The position numbers were made by a program, and so were the translations under genes. Below the pieces are notes generated by a model. The model saw only the letters and a list, made by a program, of their open reading frames with translations. It did no database searches and was not told where the DNA came from. A DNA stretch of 64,000 bases. It comes from Chrysomallon squamiferum (lineage: Eukaryota; Animalia; Mollusca). The DNA is taken from contig CM022673.1 in assembly GCA_012295275.1 (NCBI GenBank), forward strand, positions 7,068,001 to 7,132,000, in the 5' to 3' direction. This document shows positions 42,377 through 56,000 of this stretch, piece by piece. Numbering within the stretch: position 1 is the first letter of the stretch; each line of letters opens with the position of its first letter.

Positions 42377-43894
42377 TTTGTTTATAATGTATACTGTCAC
42401 TGAACCGTTGTTTCAATGTATTTATATAAATTCAGGTATACTAAATTGATGCAAAAAAAAAATATTTTTATTATTATTATTATTTATTTATTTAGGTGAC
42501 AAAAAAAAAAAAAAAAAAAAAAATAATAATAATAATAGTAATAGTAGTAGAAGCAGTAATAATCATAATAATTATAATAATAATAATAAAAACGACAATA
42601 ATAATAATAATGAACAGATGTTATCTTGCACACAAGAGATTAAGACAGTAACTTTCAAAAAGTACATTTTGATATAATTTTGTTGTTAAATCTGAAAACT
42701 GTTTTATTTGCACGTTTTCTCACTCACGGCTAGTGTTATTTGACCAATACGAGTTCATTTGCTGTAAAAAAATCCTGGATGAAATAATAGCACTGAATGC
42801 TTTGAATCGTTAACTGCAGAAGTATGACAAATTAATTATGAAATCTTCTTAACTGCTAATTATTATTCAGATACGGAATTATAATATCGGTTCAAAACAT
42901 TATTTATATAAGATACAAAAAACAACTAAAATAATATACACATTTCTTTTGAAATTAATTTAATTTATATGAAAACAATAAAGGTATGTTTATCGTAGTT
43001 AAATATTTTGCCGAAAAGCTAAGGTTTAGAAATAGTTAAATATAGATTAACGATACTGATATGTATTTACGTTCAGATATAGATTTAGTGAAAGCTACAT
43101 TTATATGTGAATGTGTATAACATACACACATGCACGCATGCATTCATGCATTCATACATATAAACACACACATATACACATACATACATACATACATACA
43201 TACGTAAACACGTACCTATATCTCACGTAATTCATTTTCTTTTGAAACTGACTATATGCACAGTATTTATCAAAAAAAAAAAAAAAAAATTCAGAATGTC
43301 TTTCCTCCATTGTATATAATTATATATATGAAAATTACTCAGCTACCTTATATCAATTTTATTTATTATAATTATTTATATACTTTAAAGCAAACATAGG
43401 ACGGAATTTAGAGGTTTCTTTTGTTCCGTAATTAGACAGGCCCAATCTTTGAAACGTTGTTTCCATTCACATGGTTTTACACACTGAAGCAAAGCAAAGC
43501 TTGATTTAGCTTCGTACACGGTGCATTTGTTTCGTTACAGAATTTTCAGGTTTCTTTAAGATATACAATAAAGACATTATTTTAATGTATCTCACAATAT
43601 CGAAATTTTTTTTTTTTTTTTTTTTTTTTTTAATTAATTAATTAATTCACTCATTTACAATTACTTTTCTCTTATTTCCCTTGGGGCACATAACTCTGTC
43701 TGAGTCAAGGGAAGTAATTGAATCTCTTTTTTTAAACGATACTGATGAATTAAAACGATTTAAAAGTAGTGAGTGAAAGAGAAAAAGTGAAATATATTTA
43801 CAGGCAAGGTGTAAAGAAACAATATCAAATATGAATAATTGTAAGAATGTCAAAATACCAGTATTCACATATCTTCCCATCTCAAAACAAGGCT

Positions 43895-44340
43895 GTGTGT
43901 GTATGTCTGTACTTTATGTGTGTATGTGAACATTGTGGATATACAACACGACTATGTATATTGTGTGTATGTTTGTTGTGTATTTATATCTGTGTGTATG
44001 TACGTTGTATTTTATGTATGTTTTGTATATGTACTTTCTATGTATGTTGTACGTTGTGTATATATACATAATATGAATGTACTTTGTGTATCTGTGTTGT
44101 CTAAATGTATATTCAGTGAATGTGCCATGCGTGTATATACATTGTGTGTACGTACGTTGTGACATTGTATCATGTATGAATATACGTTATGTGCATGTAT
44201 TTTGTACGTGAGTTGTGTATGTATATACACTGTGTATGAGCATTGTGAGTGCATGTACCCTGTGTGCATGTACATCGTATGCATGTATACGGTATAGGAA
44301 TATGCAGTATTTGTATTTGTGTTTGTATATATATGCATGA
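43895..44340. repeat. Degenerate (TG/TATG)n low-complexity tract
   Basis: Directly visible decayed microsatellite. Confidence 0.88.
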
Positions 44341-44828
44341 ATAAGAACAAGGAAACAATTCTATTTTTGATTTTTCGTTTCTGTTTTTTTTTTTTTTTTT
44401 TTTGGTTTTTAGTTTTTGAACTATATATTCTATATACTTCAAATCTAAATTAGGTCAGTAATGGCGTCAAACACACAACTGTTAGCTTATATTTGACTGA
44501 CCCTGACTTTATGTCCTGAACAGCGTGCTTGACATCAAACACGGTGTTAACTGCGAGCCGGAACAACCAGCTTGCAAAAATGCTTGCTTGCGCTATTCAT
44601 TAGTGGTTCTATGAAAACTGTAATTAAAGGATCTTCAGCCGAGAAAAAAAACGTCTTCAATAGCTGACTGTAACCAATTAAATGTCGATAATGTTTTAGC
44701 ACAAAGGCTGTAAATCAATATGAGGAATATTTAGGTAAATTCAGGTCATTTTGAAACATCGCAGAACAGTTATTTCTTTTTCCTCTGGGTGATAAACGTC
44801 AGCAAGAGGGAAACAAATCCTTGTAAAA

Positions 44829-44832
<4 letters not shown>

Positions 44833-44916
<84 letters not shown>
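44833..44916. repeat. (GA)n microsatellite
   Basis: Directly visible. Confidence 0.97.
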
Positions 44917-44920
<4 letters not shown>

Positions 44921-45072
44921 GTGGATAATGGGAGACACATGATGATATTTCAGAATTGGCTTTCCTGACAGGAATCTGTCAAAATGGGTAATTTCTGTTT
45001 CTTAATATATTTTAATGGCGTCTTAGTCTGTGAAAATGATTGCTGCAGGAGTTCCATTTGTAGAGCTGACAC

Positions 45073-45136
<64 letters not shown>

Positions 45137-45297
45137 TTATTTAATGATAAAGAGCAAAAGTAAATGTTATTTTGGTGGTAGACAGCAGAAGTACCACCAC
45201 CACTAGTAAGAACAGACCAGATATACTACATTTAGTACTAGTTTAAGAAATTAATGGTGGTAGTCCATAAAACACAAAGCATACCGTCAAACATAAA

Positions 45298-45335
45298 TGT
45301 GTGTATGTGTATATATATATATATATATGTATGAA

Positions 45336-45369
<34 letters not shown>

Positions 45370-45587
45370 AATACCATAATTTCTATATGTGTGTATATAT
45401 ATATACACATGCCCACATGCACACATAAACATACTTACACAAACATATATATATATATACACACATACACACATACACACATACACACATACATACATAC
45501 ATACACACATACATACATACACACACACATATATATATACATACGTAAATACATACATACATACATACATAAATACATAAAATACAT
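45298..45587. repeat. Compound (TG)n/(TA)n/(TACA)n microsatellite
   Basis: Directly visible. Confidence 0.95.
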
Positions 45588-47250
45588 TTATGATTAAAGG
45601 AAACAAAGTTTTATTAAACGGTCGCTCAATGTTATAGATAATATTTTATGTAGTTGAGTCGGTTATTCGTTTTCGACAATCAACAAGAAAGTTTCATACA
45701 GACGTACACTGACACCTAAGACAAAGAGTAATAAAAACGTCATTTCTGATCGTTTTCCCTTTTATTATGTGGAAATAGTAACATTTAGTTTCGTGTCTCG
45801 TTTTTCCTGGGACAAAGTATAATTTTGAAAATCTTTATTTATCAAGGAAGAAAATGCAGACTGCGGTGCGAGGTTGTAAATTTATTTCATCTAATAAAAC
45901 GAGGAAATGATTTATATTATTTGATTTGTTAGACCAGTTTACACGCATTAACTGCAGCTCCGTGCCATTACCATACACGCTATTTCTTTGCCTGCGTCTT
46001 GTAAATATATAAATGGATAGATGGACCAGTATGTAAGATAAAATAAGATAAGACAAGACAAGATAAGATAAAATAAAATAAAAATGAAAATTTAAAAAAA
46101 AAATTAAAGAAAATTAATTCATAAAAATTATGAAATTTATAATTTTGATTGCTTAATGGATTGCTATTTTATAATCGAGATTACTAAGTTCGCTGTTTCT
46201 ACTTTCGGTAATTACCACTTCTGGTCATAGTCTATAAACCATCACTACCAATGAAAGTACTAGAAATATATCTACTTAATAATAATATATAAACTTTTAT
46301 TTCTATTATATATATTGCAACTGCTGGAAATACATCCACTACTCTTACTGCTACTACTACTACTGCTACTACTGATACTACTGCTACTCCTGCTACTGTT
46401 GTGACTGTTGCTGCCGTTGCAGTGGCTTGTACTTCTACAGCCACGCACTTTACTTCAAGTGCTTGAACGTTTTGCCACTGGCTCTGAAATTATATATCAT
46501 TATAACTTCTTTGTTAGTCAAAAACAACAACAACAACAACAACAACAGCAACAACAACAACAACAACAATAACAACAACAATAATAACAATAATAAGTAA
46601 ATGCTGAGATCGAAAATACGTGTGTATATTTTTCTCCCGTGTTTGACAACATGCTGTTGAGAGTGTGTATTGATTTTTAATGTATAATTGATTAATAGCA
46701 AGCACTGCAATGCTGATACATAAAACGTAATAAAGAAGATGGATTTTAGACAACGCTGCCCATCAGTGGACAGGCCGTCACAAGCTAACACAATCGAAAG
46801 CAGATTTAGAAAGATCATTCTCGACCGACTTTTTCCTTTATCCTCGCATCCTCATCCTTCCCACTGAATATGACCATCTTAATAATAAAATAAAAAAAAA
46901 TATTTATATACATAAAAGTGAAGTATAAAAAGGTAGAACGATGAATTGACAGGTTTCATGCAGTATTAGCATAAGTCTTGTTAGCTCTGGAAAAGAAACT
47001 GTTAGAATCTTGTCACATATGTTGTTAATACCATGAATTAAGAAGTCTCATATTTTCTAGAAGACTTGCCATCTGATCCAAATTACAATGTTTTCCTGAT
47101 AGACTGTATGCTAATGAATTTTTCCACAGGTGGTCATTAGGCGAACATGTTTCTCCAGTTTTAACGAACATTTTATTTCATTCTTCGCAGATAACAGTCG
47201 AGGAAACCACAGAGAGAGAAAAAAAAAGATACTTCGTTTTGTCATCTGAT

Positions 47251-47730
47251 GTAAGGATTTTACCTTCTATCGGCAAAGGTAAGATTTGAAACTTTTTTTT
47301 TTTTTCATTTTAAAACGAATGTATGTAATAATTTTTAATTACTATTGTTAAAGTTTGGAGTTAAAAAGTAATTTTTCTTTCGAAATAAAACAAAATAATG
47401 TAAGAATATTTACTTGTTATCGGTAAAGGTTGGGGTTGAAACGTGTGTATTATACATATATATTTATTTAAATTTAAACTGAATACATGTAGAGATTCTT
47501 ACTAGCTGTTGGTTAAAGTTAAAGTTAAAAAGTCATTTCTATTACGATATAGAGCAAAAGATTGTAAGAATTTTACTTACCATCGGTAAACGTTAGAGTT
47601 AAAGCGTTTACTTATTTATTTTCCTTTTTAAATTTAAAATGACGTGTGTGTAAGGATTCTTACTTGCTGTTGGTAAAAGAGCTGAAATGTTTTTTTTTTT
47701 TTTTCAATAATAAAACGAAAGGATATAAAG
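47251..47730. repeat. Degenerate minisatellite, ~75-90 bp units with alternating dimeric structure
   Basis: Unit starts at 47251, 47325, 47400, 47489, 47564 and 47650 (consensus roughly GTAAGRATT.TTAC.T...AT(C/T)GGTAAAG.T.GAGTT.AAA). Confidence 0.75.
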
Positions 47731-49260
47731 ATCATCTGTTACAGTTACAAATTCCTCAGACATATTTTGGGAAATAACTTTTACATTATTCAGCATTAGA
47801 TAATCATGAATGACAGTAATATTTTCACAAGACTTTTCCGTTATGCTAAGCCAGTAAAGAATTTACAAGCTGATTTCGTGTCCACAAAACTGTCTGCAAG
47901 ATGTTACAAGATGCGGTCAGGTCTTTTCTATTAATTTTAGGCCTACATTGTCATCATGGGATATAAGAATCTACTTCTGCTGTATAAATGTGAAATGTTT
48001 TATTAATTCCTGCCTCAGTTTATGCTGGCTATAACAATTTTAAACAGAACTCAGATTAAAGTCAAATTTCCCAGAGGAATCTCCCAATATCATTTATTTC
48101 TGATAACATTTTATAGCGAAAGATGAAATAAATTTCGCACGGACATGGTCAGAACTCTCTACAGAAGTCTTAGAATGTGCCCATGGCAGGCATGCATGAG
48201 CACTTTTGTGATGGAAATATGCTAAATATCACCCTAACCCTCACAGACACATTTTTCTTTTTCTTTTAGGACAAATAATTTATTTATCAAATGTTAATCA
48301 GTTAAGAATGAAAGATGGTTGTACAAGAATCTAGATTAGATATATATTTGTATTAAAACTAAAAGGTTATTGGGGGAAAATAACGATTGCTTTACATGTA
48401 GATCACGTGGAATGATTGTGTCTGGCTTCAAGGGACAAACGCTTTGCACGAGTATCATTGCCAGAGTAACACAATTATAAGAACAATGGGGCAAATCAAT
48501 ACATATTAAAAAGAAAACCTTATTAAATTTCTCTTTGATACAATTCTCAAAAGGCATGAGTTGTCAAAAGATGCATCGCTTTAGCTGGACTTACACGCTT
48601 GTTTTGTTCAAACTGTAACTCTTTTTTTTATGGATGTTAACTGCAAGATCAACACACTTTCTAATATTTCAATATTAATGATTAATGTTTTATTCATCAC
48701 TTTTTTTTGTGTCCCGATAATATTAAAGAAGAAACCTGCCAAGGTTCCATGGTCCAGTAAGTAATTAGGGGCAGCTATTTTAGTATCTAACTTTTAATAA
48801 AATAATTTCCAAATAAAACGACTGAAGAAGGATTATTTAAAACTCATCTTTGACCATAAATGAAAAGCCGCAGCTTGCATTACATTTTGAAGACAAACAT
48901 TAGATAAATTGAAGTAATAAAAGCATTTTTGTTTTCCTCAAAGCAATATGATTTGATAACAGAAATATTTGTTCTGTGAACTAAAGGCATTCGTAAATCT
49001 TTTTTTCATTTGGTAATTCATTACATATATATATATATATATATAAATGTGTAACGGAAACAGAAATATTAAGATCGATATCTAATTTTGAATTTGAAAA
49101 ACCCCGAATGGAAACGCATGTATACCGAACACATTAATAGGTAGCTACGGAAATTCATTCGTCCAGCGGATGGAATCATAATTTGTTTATTAGAATATCA
49201 AGTCACCAACGTGTCAGATAAAAAGAGAAACATTTCCAGTAAAATTTTAAAAGCTATTAA

Positions 49261-49300
<40 letters not shown>

Positions 49301-49901
49301 AAGTAACTGTGGCCAAAATTTGATTCATACTAATCAAATATAAACATTTACATGTTGGGGGGATTCAAAGATTGGAGAGCCACAAACTAAAAATTCATAA
49401 CAGAAACACGCAGACACATTTAATACGAGCTGATATGTGTTGGTGTGAAGTGATATACAAATAGATAGTGCATTGATTTTTACGCTTTGATTAAATTTAA
49501 TTTGTTCTGCAGAAAACAAAATTATGCTAGTTTTGTTTTTCTATATCCCAGTGGTAATTAAAATAGCATTATCAGTAATGTTGTTTTAATTTGTTACTAA
49601 CCCTCCTTCAATTTCAACCCCCTCTCTCTTTCTTTGAGTCAGTTTAAATTAGTAAAAACAAATGATGTCGTTCTGTATTAGAAATTAGATATTAGTAGAG
49701 AGACAGAAGACGTACAGACGTAAATACAGAAGGACAAGTCTGTCGATTGGTGTGTGTGTGTGTGTGTGTCTGTGCGTAGACAGAGATACTGACACATAAA
49801 TATATTTACAGACAAACAGAGACACACACACACACACACACACACACACTTACAGACAGGGTGAGATAGGAAGGGGAGAGAGAGAGATAATAAGAGAGAG
49901 A

Positions 49902-49960
49902 TACGTGCATATATACATACAAACAAACGAACATACATACATACATACATACATACATGA

Positions 49961-49995
<35 letters not shown>

Positions 49996-50060
49996 TGCAT
50001 ATATACATACAAACAAACGAACATACATACATACATACATACATGAATGTGTGTATATGT
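49902..50060. repeat. ~90-bp tandem duplication built from microsatellites
   Basis: TACGTGCATATATACATACAAACAAACGAACATAC...ATGAATGTGTG at 49902 and 49992. Confidence 0.9.
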
Positions 50061-51114
50061 GTGTGTGTGTACATAGATACATACATATATAAGTCTCAAG
50101 CGTTTACTTTTTCTCTTGAACACTCTTTTCATTGGTATTTTACAGCTTTCTTTATCATTAGCAAATTGACATTTTGTCACAAGTCCAAATAGATAATAAT
50201 CATTTAGTCTCCTTTCCATGGAACAATCTAATCGCCACACAGAACAGATAAGCTGCGAATGTGATTTTATCGCTTCAGTCCGAGAAGAAATTAATTAACA
50301 GTAACCCGCCGTACTTCCTTGGTTCTGGAATTGCATTAGAACTTCAGTCCCGTGGAAATTACAGTAATGTAGACTGTTAGGTTCTGATGTGCCTGGAAAC
50401 GTTTTGCTCATTTGTTATATGGCGCAGGTTGCTGGTTCGAATACTTTTTTAAATATTCATCCCAGTACTTAGGTGAAAGAGTCGTACAGAGAATTTCTGT
50501 TTCATTCTGCATGTGTCAAACAGAGTATTGTAGAAAATGGTATTATATATATATAGGAACTTTGAAAGAAACATACTTTTTTTTTGTCCTGTTTTTCTAC
50601 ACTAAACATATAGATAATAATAAATTAATAATAGTTAACAATAGCTGTTTTTATAAAGCGAGGTAGAAAAGTTATGATACAGTAGTAACTAAATAATAAT
50701 AAAATAACAGTACCTGTAACACTTGTCTTTCGGATAATAAGGGACAAAGGTTAAAGCATTATGACGTCATAATGGATATTACGTAGTAGGGGGATGTAAA
50801 CAAGAAACGTTGTGTTAGAATACTGCTGTTCTTGTTTTTTTTTTTTTTTACGGGTTTACTCTTTTGATATTCAGTTAAGGTAAGATTTAACATGGTAAAT
50901 GTAATATAAAATGTCAAATTTAAAGGGAAAAAAATATAATAGTTTAAACTATTTTTACTTTCTTTGCTATTCAGGAAACTGGAGAATGAATATTTATAAT
51001 TAGTTGTCTCTTCTAAAATAAAAAGAAAATAAATAAGGAAAATAATAATAAAAAAAAATTCTCCTTATTTAGTCTTTCTTCGTGTAAATACTAACGACTT
51101 GATACTTTTGTCCT

Positions 51115-51422
51115 CTCTAATAAGCAATATTATCCTGCTCCAGAAATAGCCAATGATATCATGTTTCATTTACATAAGCAATAGTATCCTTTTCCAGTTA
51201 ATTAACTGGGTTTAACTTTCATAGGCACGTCAACAATATCATCCTTTTCCCAGTTACGTAAGTAATATTACCGTCTGAAACCTGCATAAGTTATGCTGTC
51301 TTGTTCCCAACTACATAGGTTACGTTATTTTGATCGAATTATATAAGGTGGTGTTATCTTGTCCCATTTACATAAATGAAATTATCTTGCTCTAGTTACA
51401 TAAGAAACGATATCACCTTGTT

Positions 51423-51475
<53 letters not shown>

Positions 51476-51505
51476 AGCCAAGGTATCTTGTTTTAGTTAT
51501 AATAC
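51115..51505. repeat. Degenerate ~29-30 bp minisatellite interrupted by (GA)n
   Basis: Recurring unit resembling TACATAAGCAATATTATCTTGTTCCAGT; (GA)n at 51425-51473. Confidence 0.75.
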
Positions 51506-52465
51506 ATGAAAACTGATGTATGCTCGCGATTTGTGTCTTCGTGTAAGTTTGTAAGTGTTTATCAACGGACTGTTTGCCGCTGCCACAAGTCCACGTCCAT
51601 CACAGTGAAGCCCAGATCCTCACAGTGTTATCCCACTGTACCAAACTGACCTTCAGGCTGATTTATAACTTTTTTCAGACTGATGTGCATTTTGTTAACG
51701 AACATTCTATTCTGAACTTCTGAACTCATTTGTGTGAGTGCCGGAATATAACTTAGCCACAAACATATTTCTTTCCTCTTTTTTTTTTCTTTTTTTTTTG
51801 TTTTTGTTTTTGTCTTGTTAATGTTTTATGTTTTAATGAAAAATTATTGACGTTACTGGCTGGTGTGTAACAATTCTTGGTAAAAGTATGTTCACACTAA
51901 GTGACAAATGCTAACGATTCGTAATAATTTTATTCAAATATACAAGACAAGTCGGTGAGAATTATTTTGCTGTGTGAACGCAACTTTATTTAGAACTGCC
52001 TTTGCTAAAGGCTTCGTTTTTGAACTTAGTCATTTTCATTTCAAACTAAATAAAAAGTTGATGTTGAAAGGAATTTGGCTTTAAATCAAAGATGCTCATT
52101 AATAAGAAATGTTGGCTTAGCTAATAATAAAACCATGGATTTTGATTTTCGTGTGACAAGAACTAACACAAAAGCCAGCATGAAAGATTTCGAAATTTAA
52201 TAACATTTTTTTTTTTCAAATGTCGCAGGATAAGAAAAATACGATAAAGAGAAACAAAAACAAATAAGCAAAGAAGAAGAAAAAGAAATGTTATAAAATG
52301 AAGCTTGTTATCAGTTCTGAGCAAAGGCTGGCTAAATTAGAAAAACAAATCTGGTACTTTGAAGACTGTTATTCTTCTTTTCAGTCGAGTTTTAGTCTTT
52401 GTTAAAGAGAAAAGAGCGGAGCGCCATTATTATTTCCAAGTTGGATTTCAAGATAAAATAAATAT

Positions 52466-52483
52466 GTCTATCTATCTATCTGT

Positions 52484-52553
<70 letters not shown>

Positions 52554-52600
52554 GTCTGTCTGTCTGTCTATCTGTCTGTCTGTCTGTCTAACAATCTATC
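52466..52600. repeat. (TATC)n/(TGTC)n microsatellite
   Basis: Directly visible. Confidence 0.96.
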
Positions 52601-53684
52601 TATCTATTTAACTGTCTGTCTTTCTATCTCTATATCTGTCTATATTTCTCTCTCTCTCGCTCACTCACTCTCTCTCTCACACACACATATATAGACGGAC
52701 AGACAGATAGATAGATAGACATATAGACTGATAGAATCTAATCTGTCTTTACGAAATTCTGTACACACACACACACACACACACAGACACACACACACAC
52801 ACACACACATAAACCATAACAAAATAAAATTTAATAAAATAAAAATAAGAAGAAGAAGAAGAAGAAAACATCAGGCAGCAAAATATACGAAGAGCGACAA
52901 CAATGTATGGATCCCCATTACCACATATTTCTAAATATAAAAAACGTTCTTTACTAATCAAAACTATGAATTTAAAACGCAGTAGTGTTTTACTGTTTAA
53001 CAACTTCGTAACAACACAGTTATTAGTATAATATTTTATGAGATACATTCAAAACAAACAACATTACTTCTCAACGAATATCCTATGCTTAACGCAGCTG
53101 TGTCGAGTCATTCCAAAAAGAAGTCTGAACTCAGACAAAAAGCCATGTGAAATTTGCAGCTGTGAAAATCGAGTGAAGACAGTAATAGATTATTTTGAAT
53201 TACTAGTGTTAGGTTGAAAGTAAGATGATATCGCTTAATTGTTATATAGCTTGTGGCTTATATTTGTTTTTGTGTAGCTTTCTTTTTGTTTATTACTTTG
53301 TATGGATTTAAACGAGTCTGTCCAGCATACAAAACATTCTTGATGATTTCTCAAACATTAGCTGTCGCTGTTGATAAAATAACGCTCCAGAAATAGAAAC
53401 TGTTACAATATTATTGCCGTTGGCGATGATTTTGGACAATTTTACATTCTGTAACGTACAAATTTTGAAATTAATTGACATAATAACTACTGACGTAGAA
53501 TATATTTTTGTTAGGTCTTTTTTGTTGTTAATATTTGATTTTTTTTTTTTTTTTTTTTTTTGGTTTAGGGCAATGATTCATAAAGTATTGAAACATTTGC
53601 AATATCTTTAATTGTTTCCAGGTAATGGAAAATAATGCTTTGCCGATAGTCGAAATATTAGCTACCATTTCAGAATCAAATATG

Positions 53685-53721
53685 GTTGTTGGTGTTGTTG
53701 TTATCATTGTTGTTGTTGTTG

Positions 53722-53762
<41 letters not shown>

Positions 53763-54425
53763 GTGGTTGTTGTTGTTTGTTTGTTGTTGTTGTTGTTGTT
53801 GTTATTATTATTATTATTGTTGTTATTTTGTTCCGAAGCTCCAGAAATAGAATTAATTATTATAATGCTGCAGGATGTAACATCAGTGTCTATTGTTTGA
53901 TTACTGAACAAAGAGAAATAAAAGTAAATAAATTCGATACTGTTGATAAACATAGGTAAAATTCTGTAAAGAAGGTTTTAATTGCAACGAAGCAATAGCA
54001 AATTTAACCATGAACACAGTGACAATAACAGCAACACCAGCTACAGCAGCGGCAGTAAAATAACTACTACTACTACTCCTACTACTACTACTACTACTAT
54101 AATAATAATAATGATTATGATAATGGTGATGATGGTGTTGTTGTTATTGTTGTTGATGATGATGATGATAGTGGTGAAAATATTGATAATGACAATGAAA
54201 ACAACGATGATGCAACAACAACAACTAATACTACTGCTGCTACTACTACTTCTATTATTGAAACAACAATTATTATTAGTACTACTACCACTAAAAATAA
54301 CAGTGTTAATGATGACTGACGATAATAATATTCATTATGATGCTGATGATAACGACAGTGTTTTTAAAATACGTTATTAACAACAACAACAACAACAACG
54401 AATAATAATAATAATAATAATAAAT
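53685..54425. repeat. Cluster of trinucleotide repeats ((TTG)n, (TTA)n, (CTA)n, (GAT)n, (CAA)n)
   Basis: Directly visible low-complexity block. Confidence 0.88.
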
Positions 54426-55376
54426 AAAAAAATGTAGCTTGATAAATCCATAAATTACATATTAACTGTTTTTACAGATGTTTGTTTTTGGAGCTATCAA
54501 CTTTGCAGTTGTAGTTGAAAGAATTAAACATAATCAACGAAAAAACAAAATTTAAATAATTTTATTCTTCATTCTCTCTGAACAAATATTTCATAGCCTT
54601 TTATTCCTGAATTATTTATTAATTTTTATTCATTTATTCGGGAAATGGATTTTAAATAACGTTTTATTGTCTTATTTTTGAACGTCAAAGATTTTCGTCT
54701 GTTTGTTGTTTTTCGCTATTTGACCATTAATTAATTGTAATTGTTCAACTGGATTTGTTATTGACTTGTGTTTCATGGTTAGTAGATTTTCACGGAGAAG
54801 GGACCCATCTGCTAAAGAAATAATTACTGAAATTAAAATATATCTCTAAAATGTATCATTCTGTCATTTAATTATTATTATTTATGGTTGTTGTTTTGGT
54901 TCTTTTCTTCTTTCTTATTTTATCGATATTTTTAACTGATTTTTTGTTTTCTTGTATTTATTTTGTTTAACGTTACGTTTTGTTGGTTTTGAGTTTCAGC
55001 TTTTTTTTCACTAAAAAACAAAAAAATTAAAACAAATATGCCTTAAAGCATATGATATAATTATTTAATTTTTTAATATATTTTATTTATTATTTATTAT
55101 TATTTAATTTTTTTTTAGCTATTTTTGACATTCGTTTTGTTTCCTTGTAGGTCTTCTATTTATGTGGCGTTTTATCTGGTTTCTTTCTGATAACATAATA
55201 CAAGTCATAATAATAATAATTATAATAATAATTATAATAATAATGATGATGATGATGATAATGATGATGATAATAATAATAATATTAATTAGAAGAAGAA
55301 GAAGAAGAAGAAGAAGAAGCAATAAAACAAAATAGAAAAGGAAACGAATAAGAAAAAAATAAAACAAAGGAGGAAG

Positions 55377-55569
<193 letters not shown>

Positions 55570-55889
55570 TGAACTGACTGTCGTATTTTGATTAAAATTC
55601 CTAGAAGCCATGTTGTTTTATTCATTCTGCTATTACAACTTTGACGAGAGGTTGTATTGTGAGTGGTCTAATGGGATAATTAGTTGTGATGAAGAAGTTA
55701 CTTGATTAAGATTTCTCGAACTCATTCAAAGCCTGGTGTAATTACCATGACGCAAACTCACAGTGGGATGGTAAAATTGATTTGAACCACACCTTGTTAA
55801 ACAAATAATCTGATTTGATTTGTTCAGTGATGGAGTGCATTTGTGAGTGTGCATGTGTGTTTATGTGTAATTCAACATGTTTGTTAGTA

Positions 55890-56000
<111 letters not shown>

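Noticed and set aside
51115-51426. CRISPR-like periodicity (~30 bp), also considered for 47251-47730
   Set aside because: Units are contiguous, degenerate tandem copies without unique spacers, in a eukaryotic context with no cas genes.
51679-51733. Coding exon between TTTTTTCAG| and |GTGAGT
   Set aside because: All three frames contain stop codons; kept only as a possible non-coding exon.
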